In this document: one piece after another, positions 53,630 through 64,000 of the stretch | Numbering within the stretch: position 1 is the first letter of the stretch | How the letters are laid out: each line of letters opens with the position of its first letter | Assembly (NCBI RefSeq): GCF_001194135.2 | Contig: NC_068984.1 | Span: forward strand, 32,299,978-32,363,977 | Direction of reading: 5' to 3' | Source of the DNA: Octopus bimaculoides | Taxonomy: Eukaryota | DNA: 64,000 bases | Made by a program: the position numbers and the translations under genes | Notes under the pieces: model-generated | Seen by the model: the letters and a program-made list of their open reading frames with translations, nothing else | Database searches by the model: none | What the model was told of the DNA's origin: nothing

Positions 53630-54900
53630 TATACAACAAAATGTGAAACTGTCTCCTTGATGTATTGCAAACAACCTGTACATGCAAGTGCTACCAGTTG
53701 AAAGCTCTACATACCAGAAGACAGCAAGTGTATGGGGGCATCAGGAGAGAATGCGCACCATTTTGGGGCCTACCTCTCCACAGGATCATTGCACACCAGC
53801 CCCCACCTCACTAACATGAGGCCTCGCTTGCTAGATCAACTTGTTATCAGATATAGCTCAATATTCTTCTACCCATCGCTCATCGTCTCTTTGTAACCAA
53901 ATCAAGTGGCTAGCTTTTTTCACTGAAGTTTGGATATTGTTCATGGTGATATTTGCTTTACAATTAGTTAGGCCTAATGATAACAACATTCACCTCACAC
54001 TATGTCCAACCAATCCTCTACATCCGACATCAATTGGAAAATATTCTGATTTCCAAACTGCATCTTCACGTTCCTCAAGGAGGTTTACATAGCGGGCAAT
54101 CTTTCGAGCCTGAGCGACATCAATGTTATCTTCATGAGGAACTGTTAGCTCCTCTAGATTCACAAGTTTCTTTCTTTCACACCACATTATAATATACTGC
54201 TTTTCTGTAACTGGGATGGGAAAGAATCCTTGGCACCCTGGTAAATCTGAAGCCACCTCCCAATAGCCATTCCACTTTCCATCACTCACAGAAAGTTTCT
54301 TCTTCTTGAAATGGATTTGCTGTCCTGAGCGCATCAAAGTAACGAAATTTCTGGTTGGTTCTTTCAATGATTCATTTCCCCTGTTGATGAGAGTAATTTG
54401 GTTCCTGAAAGCATTGAAGATAACATTAAAGACCAGATTGTGTCTCCATGTATATCTATTCAATGCCAGTGAACAGTTGGAAAGAATATGTTTCAGTGTT
54501 CCAACTTTTCCGTGTCTGCATATATCATTTTCTGAGACTTATCTTACTAGATTTGTAGGTGATGGCAAGACATCTTAGGATGAACGAATCAGAAAACTTA
54601 GCAATGATGTAGTTCACCTCCATATCTCATTCCAACTTATTCTTCTCTCAACAACGTGTTCCTCTCATTTCTTCATCTGTCCTTGTTGAGCACATTGGAT
54701 CAAATGAAGCTCTCTTCTCTCTGTTTCCCTTGTTTTGACACTGTTGTTAACAACAGATCTACTTTTGCTCTGCATCATACTTGCAAATGGTCTGAACCAA
54801 TCTTTGCTAAATTCAAGTCTCTTCCAATGAATTTGTGCTACACCCACCATATCTCGATGTGTAAGTGAAGACACCCATTTCTGTCATCATTCCTGATCTT
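53630..54900 (-). mobile_element. R2-group (Hero/NeSL-like) non-LTR retrotransposon 3' end with a restriction-enzyme-like endonuclease
   Basis: KVGTLKHILSNC...RYTWRHN (CCHC knuckle region), then ELTVPHEDNI...RKIARY...FPIDVGCRG (REL PD-D/ExK region). Confidence 0.9.
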
Positions 54901-56089
54901 TCTCTCTACGGCTGGATAACCTTGTACTTCCTTTACAGCAAGACACCTATTTCTGTCTTACTATAACCATTTCGTCATCACCTCCTCCAATCCCTCCTCC
55001 CCTCTTAAAAGTTTTTGTCTTGCAAGTACTCAGTAACCCTATCCATACAGATGCCACTTAAAAGCACCCAGTCCATAATGCAAAGTGTTTGGAAGGGCAT
55101 CCAGCTATAAAAATCCTACCAAACAGCCTGGTGCAGGTTTCGGCCTAACTGGCTTTTGTGGTACCATCCCACTCAGCCTAGCATGGAACACGGATGATGA
55201 TGAAAGGATAATTTAATAGAAAGGATAACATATCTAAATAATCATTCAAGTGCACGATTATGGAAAGCATAATGCCACTTCAATTAAATTAGACTCTAAT
55301 TGTATGTGATAAGTAACTGTCTCCTCTGTTTCTTCATTTTGCACAATTCCACAATAATTTCACCATGCAGTGTGCTTTATAGTTTTTAAATATTATTCTA
55401 CTACTTACTATTTACTTTATCATCATTATTGAATGTTCTTGTTCCTTCAGATTTTCCATTTTTGTAGGAAAATATTACCACGGTATTCTGAAGGAAAGCA
55501 CATTCAACATTACAAAAAAAATCTTTTTTTTATCAAGGAACAGTAGAAAGTAAGGCAGCAAGGAAAATATTCCAGCATTTTCTCTTTCCTGTCTTTTTCT
55601 TTTAACTTTCTTGCTTTTGTTCTTCTATCCTTTACTTCTTTTGTTTATTGGTTTCCCTTAGTTCCTCAAGTCTTCAATTATTGCGATCTTATTGCTTTAG
55701 AATTCAAGGAAAGACATGTCATTCTACTTCTACTCCATACCTGAAAAATGATCACTCAGCATATGATCAGTTTTACATTATTGATGCTGAAGAAGATTTA
55801 CAATCCAGATAGAAGCACCTCAAATGTAAAATATATGCCGAATGTGATTAACACAACACAAGAAATTATGATTTTTCCCAACCCATGTACTATGTGCAAG
55901 TATAAGTTTGTTCGCATTGCAAAAAATGGAATGTACACTTATGGAGAATACAGTTCCCTAGACATTTGAATCGCTCTTAGATGAGGTTCTGACTGTAGGT
56001 AGTACAGTTTTCCTACAATCAGTGAAATTGCTATTATGCTTGTTTGTAAAATGAAACCTCTCAGAAAATAGAAATATCATAATTCAGCC

Positions 56090-56380
56090 AAGAAATGCAC
56101 CACCAAAAAGGATTTCATATTTATTTTGCCAACATGACTACATGCATTACTTTCTTTTTTTCCCATTGGTGAGCTCGGATGGCACACAATATGTAGCATG
56201 TGAAACAATGACAAACCTGTGTTTGAAACAAAGCTACAGTATAAGAGTTCTGTTTCTATTATCTTGTAGTGTCATACGTACACTGGCCAGAAAGACCTTT
56301 CCATCAATAATTATTTGATGTATATGCCAAGGTAGAATGATGCTACTTCCAGTTTGCAAGGTAAAAACAATTTCTGCAAA
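56090..56380 (+). mobile_element. Helitron-like Rep N-terminal remnant
   Basis: Across frameshifts, YMHYFLFPIGELGWH and FHQ-LFDVYAKVE resemble the Helitron YPLLFPxGExGW and FQQYxVDxYAKIE motifs. Confidence 0.5.
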
Positions 56381-56494
56381 TTAAACAATACAACAGCCTA
56401 ATAGATCACATGTATTATACAGTTACTCTTATACTATAAGTTATCATTCTCATCATTTAGTGGCCGTTGTCCATGTTGGCATGGGTTAGATAAT

Positions 56495-56640
56495 TCTGAG
56501 TTCAAATTCCATCAAGGTAGACCTAGCCTTTCATCCTTTGGAGATTGATAAATTAAGTACCAGTTGCATACTGGGGTTGATCTAATCGACTGGCCCCCTC
56601 CCCCATAATTTCAGGCTTTGTGCCTAGAGTATAAAAGATT
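56495..56640 (+). mobile_element. SINE family A copy
   Basis: TTCTGAGTTCAAATTCC...GCCTTTCATCCTTTGG...AAGTACCAGTTGCATACTGGGG. Confidence 0.88.
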
Positions 56641-57094
56641 ATTTAACCAAGAGTAGTACATACATCTTCCTGCTGTTAATCTACAATTTTTGTCTATGAT
56701 GTTGCTTCAAGTTACTTTTTTCTCGAAACATTTCTCCTTCTAAGCTTATTTTGCTCCTTTGAAAACAAGTTTGTTCAGTTTGTAACATCATCAATATCAC
56801 TGTCAACAGCAACAACATAGAGGCTCTCTCTTTGTAACTGAGATAAATTGTATGATATTTGTGTTGATACTGTGTAAAAGTGAGTCATACTAAATATATA
56901 AAGTCTGAGGGAGTTGAAGAGAAAGAGATCAGGTTCTATTTGCTGAATGTGGTGCATGACCTAGCATGAAAATTTGAGCACATTGAAGGCTGGGAATTAA
57001 ATATATCAGTTAATGATGTGTAAGAGAAATTACTAAATTGCTATGAATAAGTGACATAAATGGAAAATGAGTCCTGGGTAAAGACTTGCTGTAT

Positions 57095-57738
57095 AGGGCT
57101 TTCCTATAAGGTGTTATCCACCCCTGATTGGAACTCTCCCGTATGACATGTACGCATGCTCAGTGACTTGCTTTAACACTTGCAATCAGCTGAATGCACA
57201 TTGCCAGTGACATTTGACATAATTACCCACACTCTGTGGTCAGGATTCTTTTTTTGGTTTGATGTCGGTATCGAAGGGATTACCAGACACCGGACAATAC
57301 AGTGAGAGCAGCTTTCACTCACATCGTGGTATTCGATGCTGTGTACGTGTCTGTCGTGGTAAAATATGCCACTCCTTAACCGTAGCACGAGGTAATTATG
57401 TCATTATCTGNNNNNNNNNNTCCTGTCTGAAGTATCGTCCGATACTTCAGACTTATCGTCCAGTGAATTTACTTTGTTGACATTCTTCATCGACAGAATT
57501 ATTCCTTTCAACCTTTCAGTCAAGTCCGCCTTTCTTCCAGTAACATACTGTCCATATAATCTTAAATATTTCTTTAACTCAGGCACAGTAAGCACTTCGA
57601 TAGCTGAATCATCAAGCTACTTTATATCCATGATAAGACGTAAAACAATAAGAATGGCGTGGGTAGCCTCCGGAAGTTTAATTATCTACATGGAGTGCCG
57701 CCTAGCCAAGGGAGATAACCTACTTATAGGAAAGCCCT
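57095..57738 (-). mobile_element. Non-autonomous TIR DNA transposon (ISL2EU/PHIS-like) carrying a SAP-SWIM ORF fragment
   Basis: Perfect TIR AGGGCTTTCCTATAAG at both ends, flanked by AT. Minus-strand LTVPELKKYLRLYGQYVTGRKADLTERLKG (SAP) and HRVWVIMSNVTGNVHSADCKC (truncated SWIM). CpG-rich. Confidence 0.8.
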
Positions 57739-58133
57739 ATACTGATAGGGGAAGGTAATCATGACATAGTAATATATGAAGATTAGGTGTCAGTATCAAA
57801 TCTTTGATTGTTAATCCACAGAAAACAATGCAGAAACAAAAGAGTGGGTTATATGCTATATGGCAGACTCACCAAACCTACTCCTGCATGGAAAATATTT
57901 AACTCATAATTCAGATTATTGATAAGGCAATAAAAGATGGTTTTAGAAGTTGACAATGATCACTTTATTCGGTTCACAGTCATTTTTGTAAGTAAAATGA
58001 ATTAACTGCAGTATTATAAAACTGTTCTCACTATAGAGACAAAATGAAATGCACCTCTATCTAAACATCTGAAATTGTTCATAAGATTAAAGTTTTTCAA
58101 TTATCTTATGTTTTGTGGTATTTAGTTGCATAC

Positions 58134-58302
58134 CTTTATATCCTGAGTTGAAATCCTTTATATCCTGAGCATAGAGGGATAAAATAAATAGCATCCAAAT
58201 ACTGAGATCATTATTATTGATGTTTCCCTTCTTCCAAATTTGTGGTCTTATGCTGCTATTAGAAGTCAATAAGATTCTAGTGGTTCGGAGCAGCAGCCTC
58301 AT
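58134..58302 (-). CDS. Weak candidate first coding exon (MRLLLRTTRILLTSNSSIRPQIWKKG...GYK-G)
   Basis: ATG lies directly after an AAG acceptor (rare -3 A). The frame is open for 56 codons to an AAG|GTATGC donor. Confidence 0.25.
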
Positions 58303-59454
58303 CTTAAGTGATGAAATAGTTATTAATATATTTTAATTAGTTTGATCTTCAATTGACTACAGCTTTCTTATTCCTGGATGTACATATTGTACCAGGCAGG
58401 GTTTGAACAAAGGATCTTATTTCTAAACTAGGAGTAGTAGCATGATAACTAAATAAACTTCTACTGTGTCTATGAACTCGTATTTAGTAGGTACATGTGT
58501 CAATAACCTTAGACATAAAAGCATTATTACTCTTCATTTAGAAAATATAAGTTCAAATATAGTCTAGGCCTTGGCCTACAACAAAGTTGTTCACCCAGCT
58601 ATTAACATCCCATTTTATTTTTTCAGGTTTACATTACATTATCATATCCATCCTTCTTTCAAGATGTGGGCTCTGAATTCAAAGATTTGACTGTTATTTT
58701 AGTATGTCAAGTGACCATATAGTGGCCTCTTGGATCAGGATGTTGGGAATTAAGTACTGTTGATTGGAATATAAAGTAGCACTGGTGACAACATAAAGCT
58801 TCCTTCTGCGGGCTGGTAATCTTCAAATCTGTTGACTTGGTCACTTACATCTCTCATAGAATTATTTACTGCCTTGAAATACTAGATTACCTTTAAGCCA
58901 AAGATCTGTTTAATTAGCACTGACTGGTACTGTGCATCAACAATATCATCAGCATCAGCGTTTGTGATACAAGTTATGAAGTTTAAAACAAAACTTCTGC
59001 TAAATGGTGAAATTAAAGATAACAACACTGAACAAATTCTCGACCCAAGAACCTACTTTACACTCCACTTTAGGGAAAATGAATGACTTATAATTAAGTG
59101 CTGAGTGAAGAAAATTAATAGCTACAAATAATAGAAGGACTTTAAGACTTAAAATGTCAACAATAATAAGGATTCCAATAATAATGATAACAAAATGACA
59201 CTAGTAAATTTGGTAATGCAAAAGCCAATTGTAACAAAATCATGTCCCTCAAAATTTTGTTATATAGAAAGGTGAACTGTAACTATCGCTATTATCATAA
59301 ATATACACACACATACACATGTTCATACAAATACATATGAATTCATTCAATTTTACTTGTTCTAAAAGTCAATCAAGTAAAAAAATTCATTAGAAATATA
59401 AAGTTTTGTGCTATTTTTAGTAGGTTTTATGGTTCATAATGTTTCAATTGTCAT

Positions 59455-59990
59455 AGTCATGGCTGATGCCAGTGTCATGTTACTGGCACTTGTACCAGTG
59501 CCACATTAGAGCACTTTTCAAGCTTTGGGCCTCATGGAGGCAATGTGACCAATGCTGCTGTCACATAACTAGCACCTGTGCCAGTGGCATGCAAAAAGCA
59601 CCTTTGGAACATTGGGACTCATGGAGGCAATGTGGAAAATGCTAGTGTCACATAACTAGCACCCATGCCAGTGGCACATAGAAAGTACCTTTCAAGTATT
59701 GGGCCTCACAAAGGCAAGGCAATGACAAATGACCAAAACCTTGAGAAGAAGACCCAACAAGCCAAGTGAAATTGTAGTCATCGCAGATATTGGTGCCATG
59801 CAACTGGTACTTGTGCCAGTGGCACAAGAAAGCACTTGTTACACTCTCAGAGTGGTTGGTGTTAAGAAGAGCATCCAGCCATAGAATCCATGCCAAATCA
59901 AACTGGGGTATGGTGCAGACCCTCAGCTTACCAGCCCTGGTCAAACCGTCCAACCCATGTCATCATGGGCAATGAATGTTAAATGATGGT
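59455..59990 (+). mobile_element. RTE-like LINE extreme 3' end with tandem subrepeats
   Basis: GCAATGACAAATGACC...GAAGACCCAACAAGCCAAGTGA (ORF end EKTQQAK*) plus the shared tail and (GAT)n. Confidence 0.8.
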
Positions 59991-60826
59991 GATGATGATG
60001 ATGATGTTTGTTGCTGTTGTTGTTGTTGATGGTGGTGGTTAAAATAAAACTATGAATGATGACTGTAAAATTGAAGTGTGACTTGTTGTTGTTGTTGAAT
60101 GNNNNNNNNNNNNNNNNNNNNNNNNNNNNNNNNNNNNNNNNNNNNNNNNNNNNNNNNNNNNNNNNNNNNNNNNNNNNNNNNNNNNNNNNNNNNNNNNNNN
60201 NNNNNNNNNNNNNNNNNNNNNNNNNNNNNNNNNNNNNNNNNNNNNNNNNNNNNNNNNNNNNNNNNNNNNNNNNNNNNNNNNNNNNNNNNNNNNNNNNNNN
60301 NNNNNNNNNNNNNNNNNNNNNNNNNNNNNNNNNNNNNNNNNNNNNNNNNNNNNNNNNNNNNNNNNNNNNNNNNNNNNNNNNNNNNNNNNNNNNNNNNNNN
60401 NNNNNNNNNNNNNNNNNNNNNNNNNNNNNNNNNNNNNNNNNNNNNNNNNNNNNNNNNNNNNNNNNNNNNNNNNNNNNNNNNNNNNNNNNNNNNNNNNNNN
60501 NNNNNNNNNNNNNNNNNNNNNNNNNNNNNNNNNNNNNNNNNNNNNNNNNNNNNNNNNNNNNNNNNNNNNNNNNNNNNNNNNNNNNNNNNNNNNNNNNNNN
60601 NNNNNNNNNNNNNNNNNNNNNNNNNNNNNNNNNNNNNNNNNNNNNNNNNNNNNNNNNNNNNNNNNNNNNNNNNNNNNNNNNNNNNNNNNNNNNNNNNNNN
60701 NNNNNNNNNNNNNNNNNNNNNNNNNNNNNNNNNNNNNNNNNNNNNNNNNNNNNNNNNAACAACAACAATAATATTCATGAAATTATTTAAAATACTGTAA
60801 TGATAATGATGATGATGATAATAATG

Positions 60827-60891
<65 letters not shown>

Positions 60892-62165
60892 CTAACATCA
60901 GCATCAAGAAGAATATGAAACACAAATAGGTCTTGCTTAAAAATACAGAATGTAAATAATTTTGAATTTCCTTTCATGAACGAGAGAGTTTTGGCAAATA
61001 CTGGAACATTTTACCATAAATTATCTATTCATTGCTAAAAAGCTATTCATCTTCTTTCTGAAAGGCCACTTATTACTGTACAATGTGAAGTAATTCTTTG
61101 GACTTTGGGTCTCTCTGTACACAAGATTTGTTGATACAATATATTAATTGGATAAAAATAGGTATTATTAGGCTAAATGATTGATTTGATATTCTGCTGC
61201 CTCATGCCTGAGTATCTGAGAAAACTTGTGTGATGAATAAATTTATGTATATATATATATGTATATATATATGTATGCATGTATGTATATATGTGTGTGT
61301 GTATATACATATATATATATACACACACACATATATATATANNNNNNNNNNCATCATGGGCAATGAATGTTAAATGATGGTGATGATGATGATGATGTTT
61401 GTTGCTGTTGTTGTTGTTGATGGTGGTGGTTAAAATAAAACTATGAATGATGACTGTAAAATTGAAGTGTGACTTGTTGTTGTTGTTGAATGTTGGTAGA
61501 ACTTCTTCAAACTGATTCCTTAAATTGTTTGCACAACCAGAATTTTTCTTTCATAATTCTAAGATTATATAATGTTAGATTCTTACTATTTTGCCAAAAT
61601 ATTTTTTTATAGAAATATCCATCTCTCAATATGTTTTTTTAAATTATATTTACTTTTTTACCCCTTTGTATATTTGAAAAAAAAAATCTCTTTTTTGTTT
61701 TTGTTTTTTGAGAAAAAATAGTTTTTGGTAAAATTAGATTCCATTCTTTTATTATTTTAATGTCTGTTTCTTTTCTTTTTACAATTTGCATTAATGGAGT
61801 GACCCTTGCCAATAATCAATATGCTCTAACTTTGTTTCATTATTTCATTGGTTAAGTATTCAAACTAAACTTTAATCCATTTCTTTCAAAGGGGAAAAGA
61901 ATAATAATAATAATAATAGTAATAGTAATAATAATAAGAAGAAGAGTAGATAAACTTAGAGAGATAGTGAGAGAGGTGGAAAGTGAAATTATCATTCAGA
62001 CTCATCTACTGTATAGAACCATGGGAAAAAAAAGGAAAAAAAAAGAAACTCTTGATAATGATATTAAAATGACAATGATATATTAATAAAAGTAACAACA
62101 ACAACAATAATATTCATGAAATTATTTAAAATACTGTAATGATAATGATGATGATGATAATAATG

Positions 62166-62221
<56 letters not shown>

Positions 62222-62852
62222 CTAACATCAGCATCAAGAAGAATATGAAACACAAATAGGTCTTGCTTAAAAATACAGNNNNNNNNNNNNNNNNNNNNNN
62301 NNNNNNNNNNNNNNNNNNNNNNNNNNNNNNNNNNNNNNNNNNNNNNNNNNNNNNNNNNNNNNNNNNNNNNNNNNNNNNNNNNNNNNNNNNNNNNNNNNNN
62401 NNNNNNNNNNNNNNNNNNNNNNNNNNNNNNNNNNNNNNNNNNNNNNNNNNNNNNNNNNNNNNNNNNNNNNNNNNNNNNNNNNNNNNNNNNNNNNNNNNNN
62501 NNNNNNNNNNNNNNNNNNNNNNNNNNNNNNNNNNNNNNNNNNNNNNNNNNNNNNNNNNNNNNNNNNNNNNNNNNNNNNNNNNNNNNNNNNNNNNNNNNNN
62601 NNNNNNNNNNNNNNNNNNNNNNNNNNNNNNNNNNNNNNNNNNNNNNNNNNNNNNNNNNNNNNNNNNNNNNNNNNNNNNNNNNNNNNNNNNNNNNNNNNNN
62701 NNNNNNNNNNNNNNNNNNNNNNNNNNNNNNNNNNNNNNNNNNNNNNNNNNNNNNNNNNNNNNNNNNNNNNNNNNNNNNNNNNNNNNNNNNNNNNNNNNNN
62801 NNNNNNNNNNNNNNNNNNNNNNNNNNNNNNNNNNNNNNNNNNNNNNNNNNNN
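59961..62852. repeat. Tandem duplicate segments flanking gaps (probable assembly or haplotype duplication)
   Basis: 59961-60101 = 61352-61492. 60758-60948 = 62097-62278 except (AAT)20 versus (AAT)17. Confidence 0.85.
60102..60757. other. Assembly gap (largest of nine)
   Basis: N runs at 5330-5339, 7070-7207, 19098-19357, 22830-22839, 50403-50429, 57411-57420, 60102-60757, 61342-61351 and 62279-62852, mostly next to microsatellites. Confidence 0.99.
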
Positions 62853-62904
<52 letters not shown>

Positions 62905-63592
62905 TTATGCATGTATGTACATACACATACACACACACATGTGTGTGTGTACATAGATATCATTTCAGAAAATATTTGTTTACCAAAATATAACAGTAAA
63001 AGATATCACTAGTAAGGGTTGCGATATACAAATAAACCAATGATTGTAAGTGTCTGTGACAGACGAGCCTATTGTTGTTTAGCCTCAGGTCAGCCCCAAT
63101 AGATAGAGCTAGTCAAAACATTCCAGAATGTACAATCCCTTCTCTTTTTTTTTTTTATTTAAAGTAAATGTATCCTAGGCTACATTATTCAAAGTGTCCT
63201 TCCTTCCTTGAAGATGTTAGGGTTTCAATGTAAATAAATTTAGCAGCTCTTCCAGGCAGACTTGTTAGGACCTTAGACAAAATTCCAGGCAATATTTATT
63301 TTGTTATAAGTTTTAATATTACTGGGGTCAACGTTGCCTTGCGTCTATTTGGGACCAATAACTAATGTCCCAGTCCTATGCTATGGAACGATAAAGTCTT
63401 TAACAGCATCAGGTAGGATGCCTTGGGGATATTTGCTGTGGTTTTTTTAATATTCTGAGTTCAAATCCCACACTGATCTACATGATCACTGATTTATCCA
63501 TTGGTTTAGCATCACCACCAGATTCTTCAGTTCCTTTAATGATGTCCCACACTGTTGAAAGCATTCAGGCCAAGTGTCCATTTTGAGGTTAC

Positions 63593-63660
63593 TTTTCTCT
63601 CTCCTTCCTTCTTGTGCATCAGGGAGATCCTTTAATAAGTCATAGGCTCTGCCATTGCCC
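63593..63660 (-). CDS. Candidate coding exon (x-GNGRAYDLLKDLPDAQEGRREK-x)
   Basis: ATTCTTGTTTAG acceptor, 68 nt (phase 2 to 1), GTAACC donor. The frame stays open past the donor to a TGA at 63486, so it could instead be a terminal exon. Confidence 0.4.
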
Positions 63661-63709
63661 CTAAACAAGAATTTTAATGAGCATATTGTATTTGGCTTAT
63701 ACTAGTGGG

Positions 63710-64000
63710 TAAGGTTACTAGTTTGTGAGGGCCTCATGGAGGCAATGTGACTAATGGTGGTATCATGTAACTAGCACTCATATTGGTAGTATGTAAAAAG
63801 TATCTTTCGAGCATTGGGCCTCTCAGAGGCAATGGAAATTACTGAGACCTTCAGCAATATGCTGTGCTTGAATAGAACATTCATTAAGTGAAGTGAAATC
63901 ATAGTCATGGCAGACAGTAATATCATGCAACTGGCACCCATGCCGCATGTAAAAACACCCAATACACTCTTGGAGTGGTTGGCATTAGGAAGGGCATCCA
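63710..64000 (+). mobile_element. RTE-like LINE 3' end, cut by the window edge
   Basis: GAGGCAATG...GAGACCTTCAGCAATATGCTGTGCTTG (EAM..RDL..YAV) followed by GGAGTGGTTGGCATTAGGAAGGGCATCCA. Confidence 0.8.

Noticed and set aside
55460-55740. Minus frame that reads as coiled coil if stops are restored to Q/R (possible recoding or U-to-C editing)
   Set aside because: Every stop begins with T, so restoration is always possible. Stop density (about 1 in 10) is what random AT-rich DNA gives, and the purine-rich strand explains the K/E/R bias.
59941-63012. Long ORFs of 220-300 aa in the ORF track
   Set aside because: Made of N-gaps and (AAT)n/(AT)n runs, so not coding.

Overview
AT-rich eukaryotic genomic DNA with nine N-gaps and abundant (AT)n, (CA)n and (AAT)n microsatellites. 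The SINE/LINE families look like those of Octopus; this is pattern recognition from memory, not a database hit. There is no complete gene, rRNA, true tRNA or CRISPR array. Almost all ORF-track entries are microsatellite, gap or transposon artefacts. The window looks mostly intronic. A few small minus-strand exons (best: 17028-17108 and 1881-1989; plausible: 63593-63660) suggest one unidentified long-intron gene crossing the window. The rest is a transposon graveyard: two tRNA-derived SINE families, RTE-like, R4-like and Hero/R2-like LINE fragments, a Penelope fragment, mariner/Tc1 fragments, a piggyBac-type MITE, an ISL2EU-like TIR element with a SAP-SWIM fragment, and a Helitron remnant. The most notable structures are degenerate minimal hammerhead-ribozyme motifs in two different repeat families. 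One sits in a ~450 bp head-to-head palindrome of a tRNA-headed element (33092-33546), the other at 46338-46381. The 60-62.9 kb region is probably the same locus assembled twice. I found nothing that I can call a new biological system with confidence.
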